A program made the translations under genes and the position numbers. Positions 39,714 through 50,974 of a stretch of DNA of 64,000 bases are shown one piece after another. The stretch lies in sequence record SRR22947727_339, one strand, 5' to 3'. The stretch's first letter is position 1, and each line of letters starts with the position of its first letter. The notes under the pieces were generated by a model, which was not told the origin of the DNA, searched no databases, and worked only from the letters and a program-made list of their open reading frames with translations.

Positions 39714-40523
39714 TTAAGTATCTTCTATGGATTTCTGTTTGGGCATTGTATAGTTTAACGCCAGGCGACCACCGTCCACATATATACATTGGCCAGTGAT
39801 ATAACTACTATCTTCGCCTAATAAGAAAGCAGCCACGCCGGCAATTTCATCCGGTAACGCAAGACGTCCTAATGGTGTTCTGGAGTAAATTTTATCTAAT
39901 CCATCACTAGCTACATTTGCAAGCATATCGGTTTTAACTGAACCTGGCCCAATTGCATTTACTCTTATACCGTAAGTTGCTAATTCAAGCGCCATAGATT
40001 TGGTTAACTGAAGTAATCCGCCTTTTGATACAGTATAAGCTAGATATTCTGGTATAGCCACAGTATCATTTATTGATGACATATTAACAATCGAGTAAGG
40101 CCGATCTGTCAGTCTAGAACGATCTTCTCTATTTTCTATTTCAGAAACAAAATAGCTAGCAACAGCTTTTGAGACTAAAAATGAACCCTTAAGGTTAGTA
40201 GCTATAACATGATCAAAATCATCTTCAGATAAATCAAGCGCACCTCCCTTAACAACAATACCTGCATTATTTATCAAACCATCAATATGCCCGAACGCGG
40301 CAAGTGACTCAGCAATTAAATTATGAACTTCAAGTTTTCTCGAAATATCGCATTCAACAAATAAGGCTTCTTCAATTCCAAAACCCAAATCTTTAATAGC
40401 TTGTTGACCTCTTATTTTGTCTATATCGGCAAGCACAACCCTGTGCCCATCCTCAAGCAACCTACGAGCACAGGCAAATCCAATTCCATTTGCAGCACCA
40501 GTTACAATAAATACTCGGCCCAT
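39714..40523 (-). CDS. Short-chain dehydrogenase/reductase
   Basis: TGAANGIG, NNAG, SS, YTVSK, IRVNAIGPG. Confidence 0.92.
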   Translation of the reverse strand: MGRVFIVTGAANGIGFACARRLLEDGHRVVLADIDKIRGQQAIKDLGFGIEEALFVECDISRKLEVHNLIAESLAAFGHIDGLINNAGIVVKGGALDLSEDDFDHVIATNLKGSFLVSKAVASYFVSEIENREDRSRLTDRPYSIVNMSSINDTVAIPEYLAYTVSKGGLLQLTKSMALELATYGIRVNAIGPGSVKTDMLANVASDGLDKIYSRTPLGRLALPDEIAGVAAFLLGEDSSYITGQCIYVDGGRLALNYTMPKQKSIEDT

Positions 40524-40733
40524 TTTTTAATTCCTTATAGATATATAAAGCTCAAAATCACGCTATTAATAAAGGTTAACACAATACTCAATTTTAGTCA
40601 CGCAGACTCACAAAGTATTTAAATATATTATTTGCTACAAAAAGTTATAATATAAAAAATTTTTCTATTTGACCCCCACGCTGCATTAGTTATTATATAT
40701 TGCTTTCTAACGCAGGATTAAAAGAGAGCTAGC

Positions 40734-41216
40734 ATGACAGTTCCAATTGCAATAATTATGGGTTCAAATTCAGATTGGCCTACCATGAAACATGCGGCAG
40801 ATGTGCTCGATGAACTCAACATTAGTTATTCTACAAAGATTGTTTCAGCACATCGAACGCCAGATAGGCTTGTAAATTTTGCTAAGAATGCAAAATCGAA
40901 TGGGTATAAAGTAATAATAGCAGGGGCTGGTGGGGCAGCTCATCTTCCTGGAATGGTAGCTTCAATGACACATCTTCCGGTTCTTGGTGTTCCCATAGAG
41001 TCCAAAGCTCTTTCCGGAATAGATAGTCTACTTTCGATAGCTCAAATGCCTAGCGGAGTACCAGTTGGAACACTGGCCATAGGAAAAGCTGGAGCAAAGA
41101 ACGCAGGAATAATGTCCGCATCCATTTTATCAGTCTCAGATAGAAAAATTGAAGAATCATTGATCGTTTGGCGAAAAGCACAATCAGCTTCAGTTAAAGA
41201 ATTCCCTGAAGATTAA
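40734..41216 (+). CDS. purE: N5-CAIR mutase
   Basis: [33 protein letters not shown]. Confidence 0.97.
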   Translation: MTVPIAIIMGSNSDWPTMKHAADVLDELNISYSTKIVSAHRTPDRLVNFAKNAKSNGYKVIIAGAGGAAHLPGMVASMTHLPVLGVPIESKALSGIDSLLSIAQMPSGVPVGTLAIGKAGAKNAGIMSASILSVSDRKIEESLIVWRKAQSASVKEFPED

Positions 41217-41220
41217 AACC

Positions 41221-42300
41221 ATGCCAGTTGATAAAAATAAACCACTTCCCCCTGGTAGTATGATTGGAATAATTGGTGGCGGTCAATTAGGTAGAATGCT
41301 AAGCAATGCTGCATCCCGACTAGGGTTTCATTGCCACGTATATGACCCAAACGTATCCGGGCCTGCTGCAGAAGTTTCAAAGCTTGAAACAAATGGTGAT
41401 TATGATGATTTAAAATGTATTCAAGGCTTTATAAAAACCTGTGATATTATAACATATGAATTTGAAAATGTACCAGCTTCAACAGCAGTAAATGTTGAAA
41501 AAATAAAGCCACTCTATCCAGGATCTTTTCCACTGCAAGTCTCTCAAGACCGCTATATCGAAAAAAAATTCATCCGTAATAACGCTAATGTTCCAGTAGC
41601 AGAGTTTGAAAAAGTTAATTCGCTCGATGACTTAAAAAAAGCAATCAAAAAAATAGGACTGCCTGCGGTACTGAAAACAAGGCGTTTTGGTTATGATGGA
41701 AAAGGTCAGTTCATAATTAAATCACATAATGAAGTATTAGCCGCCTGGGAAAGTATGAAAAATAATCCTGCAATACTAGAACAGTTTATTAGCTTTAATA
41801 GAGAGGTTTCTGTAGTTGCTGCTAGAAGTAAATCAGGAGAAACTGCTGCTTACCCTTTAATTGAAAATATTCATAAAAATCATATTCTGCATACAAGCAT
41901 TGCACCCACGGATACAGATAATCAAACAGCACAAAATATTGCTTTGAAAATTTTAAACTCATTAAGTTACGTTGGTGTTATGGCAGTTGAGTTTTTTGAG
42001 CAAAAAAATGGTGACCTAATTGTTAACGAAATAGCTCCACGGGTTCATAACTCTGGACACTGGACACAAAATGCAGGTTGCGTTGATCAATTTGAATTAC
42101 ATATCCGTGCAATAACAGGATGGCCTTTGGGTGATACGAGTCCAAAAAATAAAGTGAAAATGACTAATTTAATTGGGGATGATTTCAAAGATTTAAATGA
42201 GTTTTATAAAAACTCAAAAACATTTATTCACCTTTATGGTAAAAAAATAGTTAAACAAGGAAGAAAAATGGGACATATAAATCAAATTTTAGACTCATAA
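41221..42300 (+). CDS. purK: N5-CAIR synthase
   Basis: GGGQLGRM, TYEFEN, GYDGKGQ, NEIAPRVHNSGH, YGK....GRKMGH. Confidence 0.96.
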   Translation: MPVDKNKPLPPGSMIGIIGGGQLGRMLSNAASRLGFHCHVYDPNVSGPAAEVSKLETNGDYDDLKCIQGFIKTCDIITYEFENVPASTAVNVEKIKPLYPGSFPLQVSQDRYIEKKFIRNNANVPVAEFEKVNSLDDLKKAIKKIGLPAVLKTRRFGYDGKGQFIIKSHNEVLAAWESMKNNPAILEQFISFNREVSVVAARSKSGETAAYPLIENIHKNHILHTSIAPTDTDNQTAQNIALKILNSLSYVGVMAVEFFEQKNGDLIVNEIAPRVHNSGHWTQNAGCVDQFELHIRAITGWPLGDTSPKNKVKMTNLIGDDFKDLNEFYKNSKTFIHLYGKKIVKQGRKMGHINQILDS

Positions 42301-42315
42301 GTAGTCGTTTTAATT

Positions 42316-43257
42316 ATGAATAACCCAATTAATAATAAAAAATTTCAAGACCCTAACTATACTTTAAACGGTGATGTTAGAGCTACAGTTTCATTTAAAA
42401 AATTCAAAACATTATGGTTCAATCTTGGCTCTCAATGTAATATTGAGTGTAAAAATTGCTACATAAAAAGTAGTCCACGAGCTGATCATTTCGTATATTT
42501 AAAACCAAATGATATACTCCCTTATTTAGATGAAATAGACTTGATCAGTAGAAATAGAATTGAGATTGGCTTCACAGGTGGAGAGCCATATCTAAACCCT
42601 GATGCAATTGAATTAGCAGAAGTTGTACTTGAGCGCGGTCACAAATTACTAGTACTCACGAATGCAATGCGTCCAATGATGCGTCCCAAAGTACAGAAAG
42701 GCTTACTGTCACTTAAGCAGAAATATGGAAATAGGTTAACCCTGAGAGTGAGCTTAGATCATTATACAGATATAGGTCATGATAAAGAGCGAGGTAAGGG
42801 CAGTTATAGAATTGCTATTGATGGTTTAAATTGGCTGAATGAAAATAACTTTCACATAAATATTGCAGGAAGGTCTGAATTTTCAGAATGTGAGGATGAA
42901 GCAATACAAGGTTATCATAAACTCATAAAAAGAAATAAATGGAAAATTAATTTAGATGACAGAGAAGCACTTATTTTATTTCCAGAAATGGATGAAAAAA
43001 TTGATGTCCCAGAAATTTCTAAGAATTGTTGGAACATATTAAATGTCAATCCTGAAAATATGATGTGTGCAACATCAAGAATGGTAGTACGCCGGAAACA
43101 TGAAACTACTCCATCTGTACTAGCTTGCACACTTCTATGGGATGACAAACAATTCGAGACAGGAAAAATATTAAAAGATAGTTTGAAACCAGTGAAACTA
43201 AATCACCCCCATTGTTCAAAATTCTGTGTTTTAGGGGGGGCGAGCTGCTCAGCTTAA
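42316..43257 (+). CDS. Radical SAM protein of unknown function
   Basis: CNIECKNC, FTGGEP, LTN, RVSLDH; Cys-rich C-terminus ending HPHCSKFCVLGGASCS. Confidence 0.88.
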   Translation: MNNPINNKKFQDPNYTLNGDVRATVSFKKFKTLWFNLGSQCNIECKNCYIKSSPRADHFVYLKPNDILPYLDEIDLISRNRIEIGFTGGEPYLNPDAIELAEVVLERGHKLLVLTNAMRPMMRPKVQKGLLSLKQKYGNRLTLRVSLDHYTDIGHDKERGKGSYRIAIDGLNWLNENNFHINIAGRSEFSECEDEAIQGYHKLIKRNKWKINLDDREALILFPEMDEKIDVPEISKNCWNILNVNPENMMCATSRMVVRRKHETTPSVLACTLLWDDKQFETGKILKDSLKPVKLNHPHCSKFCVLGGASCSA

Positions 43258-44273
43258 ACTTTAAAGTGCTTCGAAAGTCTTAAATCCTGAGCTTGGTAAT
43301 GGGATCCATTTTCTCCATACAAAAAATCAGGCGTATTCGTCATCGATTCAAAAATTAGTTTTGCAACAGGCTGGCCATGTCGTAGCAAAAAGGGGACATC
43401 CCTACCACGAACCTCTAACACTGCTCGTGATCCTGCCCCCCCAACTGCAGCCACACCAAAACCTGGATCAAAAAAACCAGCATAGTGGGCTCGAAACTCG
43501 CCTATTTCAGTGGCTATTGGTGCCATTTCTGCAGCTTCATTTCTTGGAATAGAGACAGACTCTTTAGAGGCAAGTATATAAAACTCATCTGGATCCAATA
43601 CTAACTGACCATTCTCCGCGAATAATGGCTCCCAGTACTCTCGGGCAATATGGCCATTAACAGCAGATATGTCTACTAGCCCAGCATGCCTGCGGGCACG
43701 CCAACCAACAATATTGCTATCAAAGCCTTGCAAATCTATACTTACAGTTTGGGTTCTAACAGTTTTTGTTAAACCTTTTCTAAACCGCATTTGCACCAAA
43801 CGGTCTCCAGGCTTTACTAGTATTGAGAAAGTCCTAGGTGCAATTTCAACATATAGCGGGCCGTGATAGCCTTTTGGAATTGCATCAAAACTATTGGCAC
43901 CATTGCAAATAACTCTGGTAAAAACATCAAGTCTTCCTGTTGAACTTTTAGGGTTTGCACCAGCGCTTAAATAATCTGGTAGTCTTAAAGCCTCTTGAAG
44001 CGGAACTAAGTACACACATCCAGTTTCTAGAACTGCCCCTAAACTTAAATCAATTTCATGCATTCTGACATCTGTAAGACATTGCTCCACAGTTCTATTT
44101 TCACCTGGCAAAAAACTAGCTCTAAGACGGTAGGCTTTATAACCTAGTCTCAAGTCAAGTGATGCAGGTTGCAGTTGCGTGGGTCTTTCATCCAACTTAA
44201 CATTAGGGCAATCAATATGACCTGACTCTATCAGATTCTCTATAGCCTGTTTTGGTAATATACCTTCATTCAT
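43254..44273 (-). CDS. dcd: dCTP deaminase (long alphaproteobacterial form)
   Basis: QPASLDLRLG, NPKSSTGRLDVF, FYILASKE, HYAGFFDPGFG, AVLEVR. Confidence 0.9.
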   Translation of the reverse strand: MNEGILPKQAIENLIESGHIDCPNVKLDERPTQLQPASLDLRLGYKAYRLRASFLPGENRTVEQCLTDVRMHEIDLSLGAVLETGCVYLVPLQEALRLPDYLSAGANPKSSTGRLDVFTRVICNGANSFDAIPKGYHGPLYVEIAPRTFSILVKPGDRLVQMRFRKGLTKTVRTQTVSIDLQGFDSNIVGWRARRHAGLVDISAVNGHIAREYWEPLFAENGQLVLDPDEFYILASKESVSIPRNEAAEMAPIATEIGEFRAHYAGFFDPGFGVAAVGGAGSRAVLEVRGRDVPFLLRHGQPVAKLIFESMTNTPDFLYGENGSHYQAQDLRLSKHFKV

Positions 44274-44418
44274 TATTACCGATTAACATCCTTGGCGGTT
44301 GAAACAACCCTGAAGTTAAATATTTTCAGTGAAGACTAACAAAAGTCTTGCTAATATATAATACAAAACTAAGAGATAAGCTCTTAATCAGTGCTAAACC
44401 CAATAAAAAAGAGTTACA

Positions 44419-44835
44419 ATGCAAAATTCAACAGTTCCATTATTTGAATGCAGAACTAAGGACGTAGTTATAAGAGTCGAACCTGAATATTTATCAGAGC
44501 AATCAAACCCACATGACTCCAGATATTTTTGGGCATATACCGTAGAAATTGATAATCAAGGTATAGAAGACCTTACAGTTACAGAACGATTTTGGCAAAT
44601 AGCAGACTCAAGAGGTCAAGTTCATGAAGTGCGTGGAAATGGTGTAGTTGGAGAAAACCCAACTGTTAAGCCTGGTGAAATATTTCGATATACAAGCGGT
44701 GCACCATTGAGTGCCCCTTCTGGAATGATGAGAGGAACTTACACAGTTAAAGAGGCTATAAGTGGAAAATCATATGATGTAAATATTCCAGCATTTACAT
44801 TAGATAGCCCGTATGAGGCTTTGGTATTAAACTAA
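44419..44835 (+). CDS. apaG: ApaG protein
   Basis: YFWAYT.EI, R.W.I.D..G, V.G.GVVGE.P, YTSG.PL..P.G.M.G. Confidence 0.93.
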   Translation: MQNSTVPLFECRTKDVVIRVEPEYLSEQSNPHDSRYFWAYTVEIDNQGIEDLTVTERFWQIADSRGQVHEVRGNGVVGENPTVKPGEIFRYTSGAPLSAPSGMMRGTYTVKEAISGKSYDVNIPAFTLDSPYEALVLN

Positions 44836-44878
44836 AATCAAAGAATACAAATGTTTTTAATAAATCAAATATTTTAAT

Positions 44879-45541
44879 ATGACAAAGTCTCGTAAAAACC
44901 TTTTAGCTACAGATCTAGCCTCCCTAATCTCGTCTCGAATTTGTCATGACTTAATAAGCCCTATAGGCGCACTTAATACGGCTATTGAAGTACTTGATGA
45001 TACTGAATCTAAAGAGATGCATGAAGATGCTCTTAAGTTAATTAAGTTAGCTGCTTCAGAGGCTAGTGCAAAACTAAGTTACTTGCGTATTGCTTTAGGC
45101 ACCAATAGCACATCCAAAGGTGTTATGAACCTTGATGAATTAAAGCTCATAACTGAAAATATGTTTAATACAGAAAAGTTTAGTTTTAATTGGGATATGG
45201 GTGAAATTAAATTAGAAAAAAGTATAGCACGTATACTCCTTAATATATTAATGTTAGCGATACAGAGTATACCGAGAGGAGGTAAAGTAACAATTAAGAT
45301 TGAAGAAAAATATGATAAACTCAAACTGGTTACTTCTGCAAATGGTATAAAATCAAGATTAGATAAACAAACAGAAGACGCATTCAAAGGAACCATACCG
45401 TCTGAAGAAATAGATGGCAGGGTAATTCAGTCATATTTTACTAGAATCCTTATAGATGATCTTAATGGTCAAATCGAGGCCTTCAAAACTGATGGAAATG
45501 TAATCTTTAATGTAACTATTCCACTTGATAACCTAAAATAA
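44879..45541 (+). CDS. chpT: Histidine phosphotransferase ChpT
   Basis: DLASLISSRICHDLISP, KL.YLR.A.G, IPRGG. Confidence 0.9.
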   Translation: MTKSRKNLLATDLASLISSRICHDLISPIGALNTAIEVLDDTESKEMHEDALKLIKLAASEASAKLSYLRIALGTNSTSKGVMNLDELKLITENMFNTEKFSFNWDMGEIKLEKSIARILLNILMLAIQSIPRGGKVTIKIEEKYDKLKLVTSANGIKSRLDKQTEDAFKGTIPSEEIDGRVIQSYFTRILIDDLNGQIEAFKTDGNVIFNVTIPLDNLK

Positions 45542-45723
45542 CCCTTTTTTTATATAAATTCAGACCCTTTTAACTTTTTGAGCTATAAAGTGACTGTATG
45601 GAAAACAATTCTTTAAAATATTCAAATCAAAGAGTAGTATAAATTTGGATACCCTACATTAGTTGACGCAAAGGAAAAGAGGCGTAAAAGACCCTAAATT
45701 TTTTATAATGCCCAAGGAAGCTC

Positions 45724-46791
45724 ATGAAAAATATACAAACTATAAAGGATAAATATACATCCATTATTCATAACACCGATGATTTAAAAGACCTTGATAA
45801 TGTACGGATTGCTGCGGTAGGTAAAAAAGGTGAAATTTCACATATGATGCAAGAAATTGGAAAGATGGCTATTGAAGAGAAGAAGCAAATGGGCCCGCTT
45901 CTAAATTCCTTAAAGAATGAAATTATCAATCAAATTGACGAAAAGAAAAAAGAACTTGAAACTATTGCAATTGACATAGCGCTCGAAAACGAAACCATTG
46001 ATATGTCACTTCCCGTAACAATTTTAGAAGGAACTTTACATCCCGTACAGCAGGTTATGGAGGAAATGGCTGTTATATTTTCAAATATGGGTTTTTCTAT
46101 AGCTTTAGGTCCAGATATAGAAGATGATTTTCATAACTTTACAGCACTTAATTTCCCACCAGGTCATCCAGCCAGAGATATGCATGATACTTTTTTCATC
46201 TCCTCTGAAGATAATAAAACAAAGAAGGTTTTACGGACACATACCTCTCCTGTTCAGATACGTACTATGATTAACGAAAAACCTCCCATACGTATTATAG
46301 CACCTGGCAGAACTTTTCGATGCGATAGTGACCAAACTCATACACCAATGTTTCATCAAGTAGAAGGTCTTTACATAGATAAAAATATTCATATGGGACA
46401 CCTAAAAGGGGTCTTAATGGATTTTGTGTCTAAATTTTTTGAAACTGAAGTAGATGTACAATTTCGTCCGCATCATTTCCCTTTCACTGAACCCTCTGCC
46501 GAGATGGATGTACGTTATGAAAGAGTTGGTTCATCTATAAAAATTGGGCAAGGTGATAATTGGATGGAAATTCTTGGTTGTGGAATGGTCCACCCAAATG
46601 TTCTACGGGCGTGTGGCATAGATCCAGATGAGTACCAAGGGTTTGCATTTGGTATGGGAGTAGACAGACTTGCTATGTTGAAGTACGGAATGCCCGATTT
46701 AAGGGATATGTTTTCAAGCGATACCAGATGGCTTAAGCATTATGGGTTTGAGCCTCTACAGCAAGCAAATCTCGCTACAGGGTTAAGTTAA
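45724..46791 (+). CDS. pheS: Phenylalanine-tRNA ligase alpha subunit
   Basis: [43 protein letters not shown]. Confidence 0.98.
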   Translation: MKNIQTIKDKYTSIIHNTDDLKDLDNVRIAAVGKKGEISHMMQEIGKMAIEEKKQMGPLLNSLKNEIINQIDEKKKELETIAIDIALENETIDMSLPVTILEGTLHPVQQVMEEMAVIFSNMGFSIALGPDIEDDFHNFTALNFPPGHPARDMHDTFFISSEDNKTKKVLRTHTSPVQIRTMINEKPPIRIIAPGRTFRCDSDQTHTPMFHQVEGLYIDKNIHMGHLKGVLMDFVSKFFETEVDVQFRPHHFPFTEPSAEMDVRYERVGSSIKIGQGDNWMEILGCGMVHPNVLRACGIDPDEYQGFAFGMGVDRLAMLKYGMPDLRDMFSSDTRWLKHYGFEPLQQANLATGLS

Positions 46792-49175
46792 TGAAATTCA
46801 CTTTAAGCTGGCTGAAACAGCATCTCGAAACTGATGCAAGTATTGATGAAATTGTTAACACAATGACTATTTCAGGACTTGAGGTAGAAGGAGTGGAGAA
46901 TCCTGCAGAAAGACTCAAGTGTTTTACTGTTGCAGAAATTACTAATACAAAAAAACATCCTAATGCTGATAAATTAAAGATTTGTACCGTTAATACTTTA
47001 GATGGTGAAAAAACGATCGTTTGCGGAGCGCCTAATGCTAAAGCAGGAATGAAAGTGGCATATGCACCTATGGGGTCATATATACCCGGTGCTGACTTCA
47101 AACTGGACAAAAAACCACGAAATATTCGAGGGATAGAATCAGCAGGAATGCTTTGCTCTAGTAAGGAGATTGGCTTGGGTGAAGAAGATAATGGTATAAT
47201 AGATTTAAATAGTGAATTTACAGTAGGTACCCCTTTGGCTGCTGCACTAAAACTAAATGATCCCGTCATTGATTTTGAGGTAACACCAAATAGACCTGAC
47301 TGGCTAGGAGTTAATAGTATAGCACGTGAACTTGCAGCTGTAGGTATTGGGACTTTAAAAACGACAAGTATAAAAAACATTAAAGGTAGATTTGCTTCTG
47401 ATATTCAATTAAAAAATAATGCTTTAACAGAATGTCCAGTCATAATTGGTAGAGTTATCAAAAATGTTAAAAATGGGCCTTCACCGGAATGGTTACAAAA
47501 TCAGTTAAAAGCTATAGGCCTTAGGCCCATATCGGCTTTAGTTGATATAACAAACTTTATAACATTTGACCGTGCTCGGCCACTACATATTTATGATGCG
47601 GAAACGCTTTCAGGAAATATAAATGTCAGTGTTGGAAAAAAAGTTAAATTTAATGCACTCGACGAAAAATACTATCAAACGAACCCAGAAGATGTGGTCA
47701 TAAGCGATAATAAAGCTGTTCTTGGTCTTGGTGGCATTATAGGTGGAACTTCAACTGGTTGTAATGCGAGCACAACTAAAATTTTCATAGAATGCGCCTA
47801 TTTTGATCCATTAACGATAAGAAAAACAGCAAAAAGGCTCAATATAAATACAGACGCTAAGTATAGATTTGAAAGAGGCGTAGATACAGGATTCTTAAAG
47901 GAGGGACTGGATCTAGCCACTCAAATGGTTCTTGATATTTGTGGAGGCGAAGTAAGTGAAATTGTTCAATCTGGAAAGATCCCTGAACCTCCAAAAATGA
48001 TAGAATTTGACTTGGGTTTAACAAAACGTCTCACAGGTTTAGATATTAATGAAGACAAGGTAATAAAAATTTTATCTGATTTAGGTTTTAAAATAGACAT
48101 TAACAAAGTTTGTTCTGTACATATTCCTACTTGGAGACGAGACGTTAAAGAGGGCGCAGATCTAGTAGAAGAAATTATAAGAATTTATGGATATAATAAT
48201 ATTCAACCTATAAAATTACCTGAACTTAATAAAATATCCCCATACGAAAGCACTATCAAACAAAAAAACTCAATTCATTCGCGCCGAGCACTTGCAACCC
48301 GAGGAATGAATGAAGCAATAACCTGGTCTTTCGTCAAACATAGCCATGCAAAGCTTTTCGATGGTGGACCTGATAATTTACTTCTTGAAAATCCAATTTC
48401 TAATGATCTAAATTGTATGAGACCTAGCGTACTAATTCATTTGCTGCTAGCCAGTCAGCGAAATGCTGACAAAGGCTTTCCTCATGTTGCACTTTTTGAA
48501 TCTGGTCCAGTATATTTTGGAACAAGACCAGAGGATCAACTACAAAGTTTGGCAGGATTAAGGCGAGTTGAGTCAAAACGCGCTTGGAACGGAACACAAA
48601 AAGTTGATGTATTTACAGCAAAGGCTGATGTCTTAAGTGCACTCAGTAGTATGAATGTTAAAATAGATAATCTACAAAATACTAAAACAACCAAGAGTTA
48701 TTGGCACCCAGGTCGATCCAGCAGGTTGCAAATGGGTCCAAAAAATATTTTAGCGGACTTTGGGGAATTACATCCGAGAATACTTAAAGAAATAGGTATC
48801 AATTGTAGAATTGTAGCCTTCGAAATTTGGCCAGACAACATACCCTCTAACAAAAAAAGTAAAAGTAAATCACGAAAAGAGTTATTATTGTCAGACTTTA
48901 TGCCGATCAGTCGGGATTTTGCATTTATTGTAAAAGAAAATGTAGATTCTGAAAAAATTATAAAAGCTGCTGTCTCGGCCGACAAAAGTCTAATATCTAA
49001 AGTAAATTTATTTGATATTTACAGAGGAAATGGAGTTGAAAAAGGCTTCAAATCAATTGCTATAGAAGTTATATTATCACCAAGAGAGGCTACACTAACA
49101 GATAGTGATATAGAAACAGTCTGTAATAAAATAATTAACTCTGTTGAAAAATCTGGAGGGTTTTTACGCGATTAG
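46791..49175 (+). CDS. pheT: Phenylalanine-tRNA ligase beta subunit
   Basis: HPNADKL, VCGAPN, TPNRPD, RFERGVD, DLVEEI.RI.G, RDFAF. Confidence 0.97.
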   Translation: MKFTLSWLKQHLETDASIDEIVNTMTISGLEVEGVENPAERLKCFTVAEITNTKKHPNADKLKICTVNTLDGEKTIVCGAPNAKAGMKVAYAPMGSYIPGADFKLDKKPRNIRGIESAGMLCSSKEIGLGEEDNGIIDLNSEFTVGTPLAAALKLNDPVIDFEVTPNRPDWLGVNSIARELAAVGIGTLKTTSIKNIKGRFASDIQLKNNALTECPVIIGRVIKNVKNGPSPEWLQNQLKAIGLRPISALVDITNFITFDRARPLHIYDAETLSGNINVSVGKKVKFNALDEKYYQTNPEDVVISDNKAVLGLGGIIGGTSTGCNASTTKIFIECAYFDPLTIRKTAKRLNINTDAKYRFERGVDTGFLKEGLDLATQMVLDICGGEVSEIVQSGKIPEPPKMIEFDLGLTKRLTGLDINEDKVIKILSDLGFKIDINKVCSVHIPTWRRDVKEGADLVEEIIRIYGYNNIQPIKLPELNKISPYESTIKQKNSIHSRRALATRGMNEAITWSFVKHSHAKLFDGGPDNLLLENPISNDLNCMRPSVLIHLLLASQRNADKGFPHVALFESGPVYFGTRPEDQLQSLAGLRRVESKRAWNGTQKVDVFTAKADVLSALSSMNVKIDNLQNTKTTKSYWHPGRSSRLQMGPKNILADFGELHPRILKEIGINCRIVAFEIWPDNIPSNKKSKSKSRKELLLSDFMPISRDFAFIVKENVDSEKIIKAAVSADKSLISKVNLFDIYRGNGVEKGFKSIAIEVILSPREATLTDSDIETVCNKIINSVEKSGGFLRD

Positions 49176-49191
49176 CTTGCACTTTCTATTT

Positions 49192-49815
49192 TTAAAGCGG
49201 GAGTATTGAGCGGTTTCGTGTATAACTAGTATAATTCAAATTTGCCCCCAACCTTATTCCAACACCGGATCTAACAGGGGCTAATGTAATGCCATTAGCA
49301 TATTGATAGTTAACTGCCATTCCAGCTACCAAGTATGCAGCACCATCTGCTCCAGGAAATCGTTGATAGATATATTCTGTATCTTCCAAACCATATACAA
49401 GCGTAAACACTTTTGAAACATCCATCCCCCCATCAAATCCGATTGATGGTCCTTGCCAGTACAATTTCTTTTTCTGGCCATCCTTCATCCAAAGAGTTCC
49501 TTGACCATATCTAGCACCAACAAATGCGGCCCCACTGCCTTCTTGTCCTGTTATATAACCGACTGGTCTACCTCTATCGGAAAACAAACGCTCTAATGCG
49601 GAGGCCGCCGACTCAGAAGTAACACCCAAATGATTTGAAATTGCATAAAGAAGTTCGCTTTCACTATACGTCTTCTCTTCAGATTGACTGAGTCTATCAG
49701 TTTCGATCTTAGTGGTTGTTGGATCATTAGGAGCTGTAGCGCAGCCTAATGTTAATAGGGTTGCAATTCCTACTCCAACTTTTAGTAAAGTTCGGTATTT
49801 TTTATAATGTTTCAA
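49192..49815 (-). CDS. eipA: EipA / DUF1134 envelope lipoprotein
   Basis: YI.GQEGSGA..VG.RYG.G, YWQGPSIGFD, RFPG..G.AY; likely TTG start at 49815 after GAGGTG, lipobox TLG-C. Confidence 0.82.
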   Translation of the reverse strand: MKHYKKYRTLLKVGVGIATLLTLGCATAPNDPTTTKIETDRLSQSEEKTYSESELLYAISNHLGVTSESAASALERLFSDRGRPVGYITGQEGSGAAFVGARYGQGTLWMKDGQKKKLYWQGPSIGFDGGMDVSKVFTLVYGLEDTEYIYQRFPGADGAAYLVAGMAVNYQYANGITLAPVRSGVGIRLGANLNYTSYTRNRSILPL

Positions 49816-49970
49816 ATCGCACCTCAAAAATATTTTCAGCCTATAACCCTTTAGGTACCTCGAACTTGCTCTAAGAGAGTTAACAAAAGACAAAAAAAAT
49901 AAATAATCTTATATTTTATTTTATTTTTTAATTAATGAATTACCAAACTTGTCGATAATACTTTAAAGTG

Positions 49971-49985
49971 ATAAATTAAACCTAT
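49971..49985. promoter_or_regulatory. LysR/OxyR-type box
   Basis: ATAA-N7-CTAT (T-N11-A) immediately upstream of oxyR. Confidence 0.45.
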
Positions 49986-50014
49986 GAAATTTTATTATAA
50001 CATAGTTTTTAACA

Positions 50015-50926
50015 ATGAATTTACGTGATCTTAAATATATTTGTGCTGTAGCTGACTTAAAACACTTCGGAAGGGCAGCAGAATATTGCAATATAAGTCA
50101 GCCAACATTATCCGGACAAATAAAAAAACTTGAGAATGAACTTGGGGTTATTTTATTTGAGAGAAACTATAAAGTTATCCGGGTGACTGAAACTGGAGAA
50201 AAAATTATATCATTGGCCCGTCAAGCTAATTTAGCAGCTAATCAAATAAATAAAGTTGCAAAGTCGGCCCAAGATCCTTTATCCGGAAGTATTTCCATTG
50301 GATTAATTCCTACGATCGCGCCTTACTTAATACCTTTATTCGCAAAACAATTACGTGAGAGTATGACAAAAATGTCCATAATGTACGTGGAAGACATAAC
50401 CGATCGTTTAATGGATAGTTTAATACATGGAAAACTAGATATAGCCATCCTTGCTACGCCACCAGAGCAGGAAGTGTTGACAGCTATTGAGCTTTACTCA
50501 GAGCCTTTTTGGCTATTATATCCAAAAAATCATCCATTATCAAAAATTCATAATATAAAAATGCAAGATATAGACCAAGAGGATTTATTATTATTAACAG
50601 AAGGACATTGTTTTCGTGACCAAGCCTTATCAATTTGTAAATCACCTCAAAGTACACAACAACAATTTCTACAAGCAACTAGCTTAGAAACACTTATCAA
50701 CTTAGTTGTGTCAGGCCAAGGCATAACTCTAATTCCGGCATTAGCTGTCAAGAATGAATGGGATAGTAAATCAGAAATTATCAAAACAAAGATTAATGAG
50801 AAAAACGCGCAGAGGAAAATCTATCTAACATACAGAAAAGAATTTCCTAGATTACAAGTTGTTGAGGTTCTAACAAAAATAATTAGAAATAGCTTACCTG
50901 AAACAGTTGCGACCTCTTGTTCCTAA
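50015..50926 (+). CDS. oxyR: Peroxide-sensing LysR regulator
   Basis: HFGRAA.C..SQPTLS, IPTIAPYL, EGHCFRDQALSIC with both redox cysteines, ATSLETL. Confidence 0.92.
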   Translation: MNLRDLKYICAVADLKHFGRAAEYCNISQPTLSGQIKKLENELGVILFERNYKVIRVTETGEKIISLARQANLAANQINKVAKSAQDPLSGSISIGLIPTIAPYLIPLFAKQLRESMTKMSIMYVEDITDRLMDSLIHGKLDIAILATPPEQEVLTAIELYSEPFWLLYPKNHPLSKIHNIKMQDIDQEDLLLLTEGHCFRDQALSICKSPQSTQQQFLQATSLETLINLVVSGQGITLIPALAVKNEWDSKSEIIKTKINEKNAQRKIYLTYRKEFPRLQVVEVLTKIIRNSLPETVATSCS

Positions 50927-50974
50927 AACCAAACCACACTTGCTTATATTGTAATGCCTATTAAATACTCTGAT

